Positions 53,834 through 63,859 of a DNA stretch of 64,000 nt are shown piece by piece (within the stretch, counting starts at the first letter, position 1; each line of letters starts with the position of its first letter). The stretch is from Nitrosomonas sp. (lineage in GTDB: Bacteria > Pseudomonadota > Gammaproteobacteria > Burkholderiales > Nitrosomonadaceae): the NCBI GenBank assembly GCA_021582655.1, contig CP091135.1, positions 293,078 to 357,077 on the forward strand, in the 5' to 3' direction. The notes beneath the pieces were generated by a model. The model was not told the origin of the DNA. It saw only the letters and a list, made by a program, of their open reading frames with translations, and searched no databases. The position numbers and the translations under genes are program-made.

Positions 53834-55048
53834 ATGGATAGCGCATCCGACATCAAGATTCTGATCCTGGACGATGACACCTTCATGCTTAAGCTCCTGA
53901 CCAAAATGCTGGCCAAGTTGGGTTATACCGCCGTCATCACCTGTGACAACGGCTCAGATGCACTGAAAAAGCTCGACCAAGCCGATACCTCCCCGGATTT
54001 GATTTTACTGGATTTAAATATGCCGGACATGGATGGCATCGAATTCGTCCGTCATTTGGTCGAGCGCAATTATCTCGGCAAGTTGATTTTGGTCAGCGGT
54101 GAAGACGAGCGCATGCTCAGGACCGCGGAAAAATTGGTGCATGCGCATAAAATTCCGATGCTCGGCTATCTGCACAAACCGGTGGATTCCGGCAAGCTCG
54201 CCGAGATGCTGCATCATTGGGAAATCGATACGCTGGCAAATCCCGCGTCGGCTAGCAAAAAAATATACAGCGCGGATGATATCAAAGCAGCCATCAACAA
54301 CCGTGAATTGGTCAATTATTATCAACCCAAAGTCGCTGTAGCCACCGGAGAAGTCATCGGTGTGGAAACTTTAGTGCGGTGGCTGCATCCGCAAGACGGC
54401 TTGATCGCTCCCGACCGGTTTATCCATGTCGCCGAGAAAAACCACCTGATCGACGATCTAACCCGGCTGGTACTGGCACAAGCTGTAGCTCAAGCGGGAA
54501 AATGGCATCGCGAGGGACAAACGCTACGGGTATCGGTCAACGTAACCATGGATAATCTGGCTTCGCTGGATTTTCAAGATGAAGTCTTCAATCTGGTCAG
54601 TGAAAATAACTTGCCACCGCAAAAAATCGTCATTGAGATTACCGAAAGCCAGGTTATGGGACCGGATGCGCGCGTGCCGTTGGAAATTCTGACGCGCCTG
54701 CGGCTCAAGCGATTTCATTTGTCGATCGACGATTTCGGTACCGGGCACTCATCATTGGCGCAATTGCGCGACATTCCGTTTAACGAGCTCAAGATCGACC
54801 AAGGTTTCGTACACCGCGCTTGGGAGGACGATACGCTCCGTGCGATTTACGATGCCAGTCTGGCGATGGGCAAACAACTGGGAATGGACATCGTCGCGGA
54901 AGGTGTCGAAGACCGCAATGACTGGGAGTTGCTCCACGATACCGGATGCGATATGGCGCAAGGCAACTTCATTTCACCCCCCTTCCCTGCCGAAGATTTC
55001 TCCCGCTGGCTGTCGGAATGGAAAAACCGGTTTGAAGCCGGTTTATAA
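53834..55048 (+). CDS. REC-EAL response regulator phosphodiesterase
   Basis: ILDDD, LLDLNMP-x-MDG, ETLVRW (EAL variant), IDDFGTG, KID. Confidence 0.92.
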   Translation: MDSASDIKILILDDDTFMLKLLTKMLAKLGYTAVITCDNGSDALKKLDQADTSPDLILLDLNMPDMDGIEFVRHLVERNYLGKLILVSGEDERMLRTAEKLVHAHKIPMLGYLHKPVDSGKLAEMLHHWEIDTLANPASASKKIYSADDIKAAINNRELVNYYQPKVAVATGEVIGVETLVRWLHPQDGLIAPDRFIHVAEKNHLIDDLTRLVLAQAVAQAGKWHREGQTLRVSVNVTMDNLASLDFQDEVFNLVSENNLPPQKIVIEITESQVMGPDARVPLEILTRLRLKRFHLSIDDFGTGHSSLAQLRDIPFNELKIDQGFVHRAWEDDTLRAIYDASLAMGKQLGMDIVAEGVEDRNDWELLHDTGCDMAQGNFISPPFPAEDFSRWLSEWKNRFEAGL

Positions 55049-55075
55049 CTCCCTTGCGTCAATAGAAGCTGGAAA

Positions 55076-55531
55076 TCAAGTTCGGCATGCGCCTAGCGAC
55101 AAATGCGGCGCTGCTTCCCGTTGCCGCTGCAAATCGCGTACGATAGCGCGGATTTTATTCAACAGAATGGTCATGTGGTCATAAAATTGATCGCTGGCGA
55201 TGAGCTGATGCCATTCGTCACCGTCTGGATCGACTTCATCCAAAGTACGCCAGAAAAGATTGCAAAAGCGATCAAACGAAACCGGCCTTCCTTCCATAAG
55301 ATGTGCTTTCGTTTGCGGATCAATCCATTGCTTGCGCCGCTCAATCAATTCTTCCGCGCCGTCAATCACGACAACTGTAAGGTAATGGTACAAATCGGAG
55401 GTACTTAGCAAGCTTTCCAGCACCGAAGTTTTTTGCAAGGCGATTGCATTAGCAATCAAATCTTGCAGTGCGTCTGTCGAAATTTTAAGGCTGGCACCCG
55501 TTTTCAGTATATAAATTTTATCGAGGTACAT
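55076..55531 (-). CDS. Hypothetical protein
   Basis: Helical 151-aa ORF from MYLDKIY; co-oriented with upstream genes. Confidence 0.65.
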   Translation of the reverse strand: MYLDKIYILKTGASLKISTDALQDLIANAIALQKTSVLESLLSTSDLYHYLTVVVIDGAEELIERRKQWIDPQTKAHLMEGRPVSFDRFCNLFWRTLDEVDPDGDEWHQLIASDQFYDHMTILLNKIRAIVRDLQRQREAAPHLSLGACRT

Positions 55532-55631
55532 ATCAATAAACACCCAGTAACAAACCGAAATCGATGTGCGATTCGATTGAAAATCAAGTCTAAGGTTCAT
55601 TCTTCCTGGCATTGTTCCAGAAACAACCGCT

Positions 55632-56171
55632 TTATTCGTAGCGGATGAAATTTTCCGCCAACGCGTCGGCACCATGCTGGTTGATCAGCGAATCGATCTC
55701 TGCGAGCAGATCGTCGTCTTCGTCTTCATCAAGCACGCCCTCACCGACCAAGCTTGCAGTCAATCCCGAAATCATCGCTGCTCTGACTGCACCCAATGTT
55801 GGCGGATACTCGGCCTCCTGACCATTGATCACGGCATCGATCACCCGTGACAAGGGTTCGCTGGCAGCTTCTTGAACAAAATCAATTGCTAATGCGGTAT
55901 CACCGAATTCGTCGATCAGTGCATTCAATTCATCAAGTAGCGATTCGTTGACATCAAAGCGATGCAATTGCTCCGCCTCGGTAAATGCTTCCGTCAGTAT
56001 ACCGGCGACAAAATCGCGCATCGTGGCGAGCGTGATATCCTGCTCGAGTTCCGCGCGATTCAGTCGGCTGGCGATCAACGCGGATAAATTGGGGCTCACG
56101 CGGGTTGAGACATCAATTGAATTTCGAATCATGACAGACTCCTGTTTTGTTAACACATCCATTATCATCAT
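55632..56171 (-). CDS. Acidic hypothetical protein with two internal repeats
   Basis: Two ~77-aa units ending LLDELNALIDEFGDTALAIDF and LLAEIDSLINQHGADALAENF. Confidence 0.7.
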   Translation of the reverse strand: MMIMDVLTKQESVMIRNSIDVSTRVSPNLSALIASRLNRAELEQDITLATMRDFVAGILTEAFTEAEQLHRFDVNESLLDELNALIDEFGDTALAIDFVQEAASEPLSRVIDAVINGQEAEYPPTLGAVRAAMISGLTASLVGEGVLDEDEDDDLLAEIDSLINQHGADALAENFIRYE

Positions 56172-56174
56172 TTC

Positions 56175-56819
56175 TCAGTGTGCGGACGGCAGCTTGGCAC
56201 CCACCAGACAAGCAATCACTTCCTCATCGTCGATCTGTGGAAAATCCCGATAAAACTGTCCTACCGCATAGAAATCTTCCGGTGACGACAAACAAAAAAT
56301 TCGATCCGCTTTGCCGTGCAATTTTACGAGTGTTTCCGGCGGTGCCACCGGTACCGCGCAGATCAATTCGGCGGGTTTTCTGTTGCGCAAGGCATGCAGT
56401 GCGGCGATCATCGTCGATCCGGTCGCCAAACCGTCATCAATGACGATCACAATGCGCCCGGCGGGATCGACCGGCGGATGCGCCGGAGTATATTGCGCAC
56501 GCCGCCTCCGGATGGTATCCAATTGCTTATTTTTCTCATGCTCGAGATAGGCATCGTCCGCGCCTGACCGGCCGGCGTACTCAGTCAAATAAACCCAGCC
56601 GCTTTCATCGACCGAACCGATGGCGAACTCGGGATTATCGGGTGCACGCAATTTGCGCACCAGCACCACGTCCATTTCGCCATGCAATTGCTCCGCAATC
56701 ACTTTGGCCATCGGCACCGCACCACGCGGAATGGCCAGAATCAAAGGATTTTTACCGCGATAAGCGGCAAGTGCGTCGACCAGCTTGCAGGCAGCGTCCA
56801 TGCGATCTGCGAATATCAT
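56175..56819 (-). CDS. Type I phosphoribosyltransferase (Rv0571c/Rv2030c N-domain type)
   Basis: FADR-x-x-A, IPRGAVP, VRKL-x-AP..E-x-AIG, VIDDGLATGST, AVGQFY..F-x-Q. Confidence 0.9.
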   Translation of the reverse strand: MIFADRMDAACKLVDALAAYRGKNPLILAIPRGAVPMAKVIAEQLHGEMDVVLVRKLRAPDNPEFAIGSVDESGWVYLTEYAGRSGADDAYLEHEKNKQLDTIRRRRAQYTPAHPPVDPAGRIVIVIDDGLATGSTMIAALHALRNRKPAELICAVPVAPPETLVKLHGKADRIFCLSSPEDFYAVGQFYRDFPQIDDEEVIACLVGAKLPSAH

Positions 56820-56863
56820 GACTGATTCCTCCTTTATTTGCCGCTGCATCATCATACCCGGAA

Positions 56864-56877
56864 TTGATTTATCGCAA
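56864..56877. promoter_or_regulatory. FNR/FixK-type box in the divergent PRTase/archease promoter region
   Basis: TTGATTTATCGCAA fits TTG(A/C)-N6-(T/G)CAA; 8/10 match to TTGAT-N4-ATCAA. Confidence 0.55.
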
Positions 56878-56951
56878 CAATCGTACAGATAAATGCTTAT
56901 CCATGCGCGAAACGGCTACAATCAGCGTCCTGGTATTCTACACACTCGATT

Positions 56952-57359
56952 ATGAGCGCTTCGTACTTCGAACATGATGCCGACATCGGCATCATAGGCC
57001 TTGGCCTCACGCTAGAACAATCATTTGAAGCGGCCGCACACGCAGTCTTTGCCATCATGACCGATTTAAGCGCTGTACATCCCACCGATGGCGTCGGCAT
57101 TGATTTTATCGAACCGGATATTGAATTGGCGCTGGTCGTCTGGCTTAATCAAATCCTCGGAAAGGCGCGCGAATCCGGCATGGTGTTCAGTCACTTCTAT
57201 ATTCATCGCGATGGCGATCATTGGCGCGGAAAAATACTCGGGGAAAAATGGCGCGATGATCTGGAGCGCGGCGTCGAAGTGAAAGGAGCGACGCTGACCA
57301 TGCTATCGGTCAAACGAAGCGGCCCGATCTGGGAATCCCGGTGCGTGGTGGACGTATGA
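56952..57359 (+). CDS. Archease
   Basis: YFEHDADIGI, EVKGAT, C-terminal VVDV; ATGA overlap with rtcB. Confidence 0.92.
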   Translation: MSASYFEHDADIGIIGLGLTLEQSFEAAAHAVFAIMTDLSAVHPTDGVGIDFIEPDIELALVVWLNQILGKARESGMVFSHFYIHRDGDHWRGKILGEKWRDDLERGVEVKGATLTMLSVKRSGPIWESRCVVDV

Positions 57360-58783
57360 ACATTGAACGATTAACCGCATTACACCCTTATTTGTGGACG
57401 CTGTCCAAAGCGTCCGGCGAAAAACGCGCCGAGGTGCTGCTGTACGGCAACCGATCGTTGCTCGAAAGCATGGATGACAAAGTACTGGAACAAATTGCCC
57501 ATGTCGCTGCACTACCCGGTCTGATCGATGCTGCGATGACCATGCCGGATGCACATTGGGGCTATGGTTTTCCCATCGGCGGCGTGGCTGCATTCGATGC
57601 CGACTACGGCGGCATCATCTCCGCAGGCGGTGTCGGATTCGATATCTCTTGCGGCATCCGGTTCCTGCGCAGCGATCTTACCGTGCATGACGCGACACCT
57701 GCACTGAGCCGATTGGCCGACCGTCTGTTTGCCGCCATTCCGGCCGGTGTCGGTGAACAAGGCCATCTCCGGTTGAGTCTCAGGGAACTCGACCAAGTAT
57801 TGCTGGATGGCGCGCATTGGGCAGCCCGACAAGGCTACGGCAATACGATCGACCTCGACTATGTTGAAGAAAACGGTCGCGTGAGCGGCGCGATTCCCGA
57901 GTATGTTTCCGAACTCGCCAAGAAACGTCAGCTCGGTGAAATGGGCACCCTGGGTTCAGGCAATCATTATCTGGAAGTGCAAGCGGTCGAACGGATTTAC
58001 GATCAAGCCGCCGCGCGAGCATTCGGTCTTTATCAAGGCCAATTGGTCGTGTCGATTCACTGCGGCTCTCGCGGACTCGGACACCAAATCGGTACCGATT
58101 ATCTGATGATGTTGGCCAAAGCCGCCAATCGCCTGGGTATTCAGTTGCCCGACCGGGAATTGGCGTGCGCTCCGATCAAGTCTCCGGAAGGTCGTCAATA
58201 CCTCGGCGCGATGAACGCCGCGATCAACTGCGCATTGGCCAATCGGCAAATCCTGACACACTTGACCCGGGAAACGTTCGCTGAAGTTTATCCGCATACC
58301 GCGCTGGAAACCTTATTCGATATCTCACACAATACTTGCAAGGAAGAAATTCATTCGGTCAACGGCAAAGCGATGCGCTTGCACGTGCATCGCAAGGGAG
58401 CGACGCGTGCTTTTGCGCCGCAACACCCGCGGCTACCCGCCCGCTATCGCGAAGCCGGGCAACCGGTTATCATTGGCGGTAGCATGGGTACCGGTTCGTA
58501 TGTGCTTGCCGGCACCGCCGCCAATCAAGCCTTCGCATCATGCAGTCACGGTGCTGGGCGCGCCATCAGCCGCAACCAGGCATTGAAGCGTTGGCAAGGA
58601 CACACGCTGATCAACGAGCTGCAACAACAAGGCATTTTGATTCGTACCCGCTCCATGCGCGGCGCGGCGGAAGAAGCACCCGGCGCATACAAGGATGTCG
58701 ATCAAGTCGCTGAGGTTACCGAGCAAGCCGGGTTGGCTCGGCGGGTCGCTTTTCTGCGCCCCAAAGTTTGTATCAAAGGATAA
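57356..58783 (+). CDS. rtcB: RNA ligase RtcB
   Basis: MPDAH-x-GYGFPIG, DISCG, GSGNHY, HCGSRG, HN, HRKGAT, HGAGR, EEAPGAYK all intact. Confidence 0.95.
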   Translation: MNIERLTALHPYLWTLSKASGEKRAEVLLYGNRSLLESMDDKVLEQIAHVAALPGLIDAAMTMPDAHWGYGFPIGGVAAFDADYGGIISAGGVGFDISCGIRFLRSDLTVHDATPALSRLADRLFAAIPAGVGEQGHLRLSLRELDQVLLDGAHWAARQGYGNTIDLDYVEENGRVSGAIPEYVSELAKKRQLGEMGTLGSGNHYLEVQAVERIYDQAAARAFGLYQGQLVVSIHCGSRGLGHQIGTDYLMMLAKAANRLGIQLPDRELACAPIKSPEGRQYLGAMNAAINCALANRQILTHLTRETFAEVYPHTALETLFDISHNTCKEEIHSVNGKAMRLHVHRKGATRAFAPQHPRLPARYREAGQPVIIGGSMGTGSYVLAGTAANQAFASCSHGAGRAISRNQALKRWQGHTLINELQQQGILIRTRSMRGAAEEAPGAYKDVDQVAEVTEQAGLARRVAFLRPKVCIKG

Positions 58784-58799
58784 TTTTCAGGAGGCTAGC

Positions 58800-59144
58800 A
58801 TGACGCAAATCAATCTACAGATCACCATGCGGGATATTCCGCATTCCGATGCACTGGAAAACCATATTCGCGAAAAAGCGGAGAAGCTCGAAAGATTTCA
58901 TCCGCATCTGACAAGTTGCCGGGTTGTGATCGAACAGCCGCATAAACACCACCATCAAGGACGCAACTACGAAGTTCATGTCGATCTGACCGCACCGGGG
59001 AGCGAGTTGGTGGTTGACCGTGCAACGCATGAAGACATTTATGTTGCAGTGCGCGATGCTTTTGACGCGGCGGCACGGCAATTGGAAGACTACGCCCGCC
59101 GTCAGCGCGGCGACATCAAAACACACAGCGATAAACGGTCATAA
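58800..59144 (+). CDS. HPF/RaiA-family ribosome-associated protein
   Basis: QITMR..SDALE..EKLE, DIYVAVRDAFD..RQL; GGAGG RBS; 16 bp after rtcB. Confidence 0.9.
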   Translation: MTQINLQITMRDIPHSDALENHIREKAEKLERFHPHLTSCRVVIEQPHKHHHQGRNYEVHVDLTAPGSELVVDRATHEDIYVAVRDAFDAAARQLEDYARRQRGDIKTHSDKRS

Positions 59145-59213
59145 TGTATCGGCCATCATCGGCGGCAATGCAGATCGTTTTTCAACCGCCGGCCGCATAC
59201 CCACCCCGCTCTC

Positions 59214-60998
59214 ATGCCATGCACTAAATTACACCAGCCGATCGGCTGGATACTGGCCGGCTGGCTCATTGCCGGAGGTCTGCCGCCCGCCGATGCGGAA
59301 AACCTCGCTTGCGAGCCGGCGCGCGATGCCAATATCTGGATTTCCCGACCCTATCCCGAGGATGCTCGTGCTATCCGTATCCTGGCGGTTACCACTGATG
59401 CTCCGGCTACCGCACTCATCGTGATCGATCAACACGGCACACAAACACCGCTGCACACACGCCGCCGCGGCGGGCCACCTTGGAGCTTGATCGCGCAATG
59501 GCACACAACGAATGATGAGTCCTATCGGATGCTGCTGCAGCGTGACGGGCAAGTCATCGCCTGCCGCGAATTTTCCGCCAGTGCGGCCTTGACGCCGCTG
59601 CGGTTGCAGACCTGGGATCTTGCCAGCGAAGCATTTTATGCCGCGTGGATCGAAGAACTGTTCGGTGCACCACCGGAAGAAAGTTTCAGCTTCCCGTCTT
59701 TGGAGCCGTTACTGCGTAACCGTGATCGCAACTTCCTGCATAATTACTTAGGGAAAAACGAAGATCACCGCCTGCCGCTTACCCCCGATTGCGCCGATTT
59801 GCCCTATACGCTACGCGCCTATTTTGCCTGGAAAACCGGTCTGCCTTTTGCGTATCGCGCATGTAATCGCGGCAGCGCCAATGCTCCGCCGCAATGCGGA
59901 TCACCATCGGTGATAACGGAATTTGTTCGCGGCGCAAGCTCGCAAGCCGGCTTTAAAACACTAACCCGGCGCCTGGTCGATACCGTGCACTCCGGCTCGG
60001 CACGCACCGGGCATAACGACGAGGCCACCGATTACTATCCGATTCCGCTCAAACGCGAAACCTTATGGCCCGGCACGATTTTCGCCGATCCTTACGGCCA
60101 TATCCTGGTACTCGCCGGATGGGTGCCGCAAACCGCGGATCGACCTGGGATGTTACTTGCAGTCGATGCGCAACCGGATCAATCGGTCGCGCGCAAGCGA
60201 ATTTGGGAAGGTACCGCGTTATTTGCCAATACCGCCAATGCCGGGCCGGGCTTCAAGGCGTTTCGCCCGATAGTCGCATCCTCATCCGGGCAATGGCGCG
60301 GACTGTCGAATCGGGAGCTGAGCGTACAATCCGATTTTATGCCTTATTCATTGGAACAGGCACAACTGGCGCCGGATGGTTTTTATGCCGCGCTGACCCG
60401 GCTGACCAATCCGTACGGCCTGAATCCGCTGCAAGCCTACGAAGCGATGCTCACCGCATTGGTCGAGCAAATCGAAACCCGTGTCAATTCCGTCAACAAT
60501 GGTGAAGCGTATTTTCGCAAACATCCGCGCAATCCGATTGCAATGCCGGGCGGGGCGACGATTTTCCAAACCATCGGTCCGTGGGAAGATTACGCTACGC
60601 CGTCGCGCGACATGCGGCTATTGATCGCGATTAACGTATTGAACGATTTACCCGGTAAAATCCTGCGTCACCCGGATTTGTTCGTGCTGGATGATCGGCA
60701 TCCGCAACAGGCAAGCGACGAAATCGCTCGTCATCACGCCAAACGCACCCGGGAGCGCAGTATTCGTTACACACGTTCGGATGGTAGTGCTTGGGAATTG
60801 ACACTGGCTGAGATCCTGGCACGCAAATCAGCCTTCGAAACTGCATACAATCCCAACGATTGCGTAGAGTTCCGTTGGGGAGCGCTGCCCGATAGCGAAG
60901 AATATGCCTCCTGCAACCGCCGTGCGCCCGCCGAGCAGCGCGCCAAAATGGAGCAATACCGTGTTTGGTTCCGCGAAACGCGCCGACCGGTACCGTAA
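59214..60998 (+). CDS. Secreted hypothetical protein with putative papain/NlpC-P60-like Cys-His-Asp motifs
   Basis: Signal peptide; PDCADLPY-x-LRAYFAWK, DPYGHILV, DAQPD. Confidence 0.65.
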   Translation: MPCTKLHQPIGWILAGWLIAGGLPPADAENLACEPARDANIWISRPYPEDARAIRILAVTTDAPATALIVIDQHGTQTPLHTRRRGGPPWSLIAQWHTTNDESYRMLLQRDGQVIACREFSASAALTPLRLQTWDLASEAFYAAWIEELFGAPPEESFSFPSLEPLLRNRDRNFLHNYLGKNEDHRLPLTPDCADLPYTLRAYFAWKTGLPFAYRACNRGSANAPPQCGSPSVITEFVRGASSQAGFKTLTRRLVDTVHSGSARTGHNDEATDYYPIPLKRETLWPGTIFADPYGHILVLAGWVPQTADRPGMLLAVDAQPDQSVARKRIWEGTALFANTANAGPGFKAFRPIVASSSGQWRGLSNRELSVQSDFMPYSLEQAQLAPDGFYAALTRLTNPYGLNPLQAYEAMLTALVEQIETRVNSVNNGEAYFRKHPRNPIAMPGGATIFQTIGPWEDYATPSRDMRLLIAINVLNDLPGKILRHPDLFVLDDRHPQQASDEIARHHAKRTRERSIRYTRSDGSAWELTLAEILARKSAFETAYNPNDCVEFRWGALPDSEEYASCNRRAPAEQRAKMEQYRVWFRETRRPVP

Positions 60999-61249
60999 CG
61001 ATCGGGAAGCATTTACCCGCCAATCGATCGGACATATGGCAACGGGTGGTTGCTGATTCCAGTTGACCGTCTGTTCAAATGGAATACCGAGAATGACAAT
61101 GAATCCCGTCCCCGACACGCGTATGCGGCAATTCTTGCAATTTAAACAAATAACCCGGACACGCTCACATCATTCAGAAATGACTTCAGAAGATAATCCG
61201 TTAAACTAGGATAACAATGGAAACAAACAATGCTGGATTTTAAGAAACC

Positions 61250-62746
61250 ATGATGATGCCATTTGCTAAAGATAAGCTGGTTATTTTTTGCACGTTATTG
61301 TTCATCGTGGCATTGGGCCTGGTGAAAAGCGCAACCCCGCTGGGAGGCGATCAAGCGTTATTTGCAGTCATTGCGCAACAACTGGATGCCGGTAAAACGC
61401 TTTATCGGGATCTGTTTGATTATAAACAACCCGGCATTTACTTGTTTTATCTGCTGGCCGGTAAAACCCTGGGTTGGAGCGATATCGGCATTCACTTATT
61501 CGAATTAGGGTACTGGGTATTGTTTTCGTTGTTTTTGTTTGTTGTCATCGAAAAATATGCCCTATTCCGTCAGCGATATTTTAATGGCCTGTTACCCTTA
61601 TTCATCGTCGCAGTCTATTATCTTAATGCGAATCTTACACATCTGACTCAGCTGGAAGCGCTGATTAATTTTCCGTTACTGCTGATCGTCTGGCTATTGG
61701 ATAAGGCCTACAAAACCGAAAGGGATTTGTTCGTCATTTATTTGGTGACAGGCCTGCTTATCGGAGTGGTGGTGCTGTGCAAGCTGGTCTATAGCCCTAT
61801 CATTTTCTTTTTTCTGTTGATCCACTTTGCTTTTACACTGAAAAAACAGGATATAAAATATATTCTGGTTAAGCAAATACCGCCGCTTTGTTTGGGATTC
61901 ATACCGCCTGTCGCCGTTTTCCTGTCTTATATTTTCGCACATCAAATCGAACATCTGGTTGCGGATATTTATTTCAAGATACCGACTCATGTCATCGCCT
62001 TGGAAGATCAAGTCGACTCAAGCAGATTACGTGGATCAATACACTGGTTCGGAAAGAGGATGATGATTCCGGGAATCTTTGCCATCATCGGCGTTTTCCT
62101 GATCACAAAAAAAGAGTCCCATTTTTTCAGCCTGCTCGTATCCTGGGGGCTCATAGGATTTGTCGTGATATTGATGCAAAAAACATCCTGGTGGTCCTAT
62201 CATTTTCAATTGTTGTACGTTCCGGTCGGGATATTTGCCGCCATAGGACTGGATTTTATTATTCATCGCCTGCTGCTCAATTTTCAACCGAAAACGCCAT
62301 ACTTGAGAGGCTTCCTGCTGGTTACGATATTTCCGCTGGTTTTTTATCATCAATTGAATACCTTCTGGACCAATATCGCTTCGCAGGACCGCAAGAATTT
62401 ATATACCTACGACTATGCAAAGGATGATGCCGAAAGCATCGTCAAGATCATCAAGCCCGAAGACACCATTTTTATTTGCGGAAACCCGCGAATGTATCTG
62501 TTGACATCCCATTTACCGGAATTAAGCACCAACGGTTGGATATTGGAATATTATCTTGATTATCAGTGGGACGCATTTTATGACGAATTCAGAAATAAGC
62601 CCCCGACTTATCTGTTCATCCAGACCAATTACATCGGGCGCATGCAAATTAAGCAGCAAGAACTTTGGACGTTCATCAACCGTGAGTACATCGAGATTGA
62701 TACCGTTGAACGGGGAAAGTGGTATAAAAGGATTTCCCGGTCGTAA
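61250..62746 (+). CDS. GT-C fold membrane glycosyltransferase (ArnT/PMT-like)
   Basis: DQ..A..L..G-x-x-LYRDLFDYKQPG, many TM segments, HFQ, periplasmic tail. Confidence 0.8.
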   Translation: MMMPFAKDKLVIFCTLLFIVALGLVKSATPLGGDQALFAVIAQQLDAGKTLYRDLFDYKQPGIYLFYLLAGKTLGWSDIGIHLFELGYWVLFSLFLFVVIEKYALFRQRYFNGLLPLFIVAVYYLNANLTHLTQLEALINFPLLLIVWLLDKAYKTERDLFVIYLVTGLLIGVVVLCKLVYSPIIFFFLLIHFAFTLKKQDIKYILVKQIPPLCLGFIPPVAVFLSYIFAHQIEHLVADIYFKIPTHVIALEDQVDSSRLRGSIHWFGKRMMIPGIFAIIGVFLITKKESHFFSLLVSWGLIGFVVILMQKTSWWSYHFQLLYVPVGIFAAIGLDFIIHRLLLNFQPKTPYLRGFLLVTIFPLVFYHQLNTFWTNIASQDRKNLYTYDYAKDDAESIVKIIKPEDTIFICGNPRMYLLTSHLPELSTNGWILEYYLDYQWDAFYDEFRNKPPTYLFIQTNYIGRMQIKQQELWTFINREYIEIDTVERGKWYKRISRS

Positions 62747-62774
62747 CTCTGCTACAAGAAAAGGAAATCGCTAA

Positions 62775-62933
62775 GGAAATGCCGATTAATTGATTACACG
62801 GGCGAATGACTTGGTTGCGAGGATAGCGCACCGTTTCACCTATCTCATGGATATGTCTCCGTCTCGAATATTATGTTCCATGGTGCGTGCGCCTCGTACC
62901 TCATCTCACCCACCGAATTAAATCAACATTTCC
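62775..62933. mobile_element. 159-bp MITE related to the 48954-49090 element
   Basis: Ends GGAAATGCCGATT / AATCAACATTTCC, flanks CTAA and CTGA; internal blocks GTTGC..TCACC..ATGTTCC..CTCGT..TCAT..CCCAC-x-GAATTAA shared with the first copy. Confidence 0.6.
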
Positions 62934-63107
62934 CTGATAAGCTGTCGGCAGATACAACGAAAAATAGTTGCTGCCAGGTAGGAGCCGGCGCGAGGTACGG
63001 TTGTGCAGGATAAATGTTGTTACTAAGGCCGCAGCGAAACAGCGCGGGCTTGCTTTTCAACGAGCAATAAAACGCCACGAATTCGGTTGCGGCAAATTGC
63101 CCCGACC

Positions 63108-63773
63108 CTACCAAAACCCCCAGTTACCGGTCAGTACGATCCATACGCCCAAGATACCGTTGGTTACGGCGTGTGCGATGATCGGCGCCCATAGGGTGCC
63201 GCTGCGCATATATAGCAGCCCGTATACGATACCGGTGAGTAATCCGGCGAACCATAAACTGTGTGCCAGTGCGAACAATACCGAGACGATGAGCAGCGAA
63301 GTGATTCTCACCGCACTCGGATTCACCGCCTGAAACCGGTGATTTTCAAGCCAGCGCAGCAAAAAAGACCGCCAGAACAATTCTTCCATCAACGGCACCA
63401 CCAGTGCGGCTCCGGCCAAGCGGATCGCGACCAGCGGCCAGTCAATTTGCTGATCATTACGAGGATCGAAACCTACTGCGTCGCCCATCACCATCCAACC
63501 GGCGGTTAGATTGATCCAGGCGACAAACACCGCGATACCGGCAGCGATTGCAGTAATCCACGTTGTTACGCCTGTTCCCGACGGCCAGCGCAGTTCTGTG
63601 TAAGCACGCCGAAATAACCATAGCGCCGCCGCTACCGCGACGATTTTTACCGCGTACAGCAACCTGACGTCATCCGCGCTCCACCCGAATCGTAACAGCA
63701 TATCTTCAACCACCATGAAAAAAACATAGACGCCGAAAGGAGCGATATGGGGAACGGTCGTGCGGTCGAACAT
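63108..63773 (-). CDS. CAAX prenyl protease-related protein (CPBP, exosortase/PEP-CTERM-associated type)
   Basis: VVPLMEELFWRSFLLRW, FALAH, AHAVTN. Confidence 0.88.
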   Translation of the reverse strand: MFDRTTVPHIAPFGVYVFFMVVEDMLLRFGWSADDVRLLYAVKIVAVAAALWLFRRAYTELRWPSGTGVTTWITAIAAGIAVFVAWINLTAGWMVMGDAVGFDPRNDQQIDWPLVAIRLAGAALVVPLMEELFWRSFLLRWLENHRFQAVNPSAVRITSLLIVSVLFALAHSLWFAGLLTGIVYGLLYMRSGTLWAPIIAHAVTNGILGVWIVLTGNWGFW

Positions 63774-63859
63774 GGTGGCGGCCTCCAAGGCAAAGTTTTC
63801 GGGCAATATGCCGAAGAACGGGTCAAAATTTCCAACTTATCGTCAGTGGATGCTCGAAA

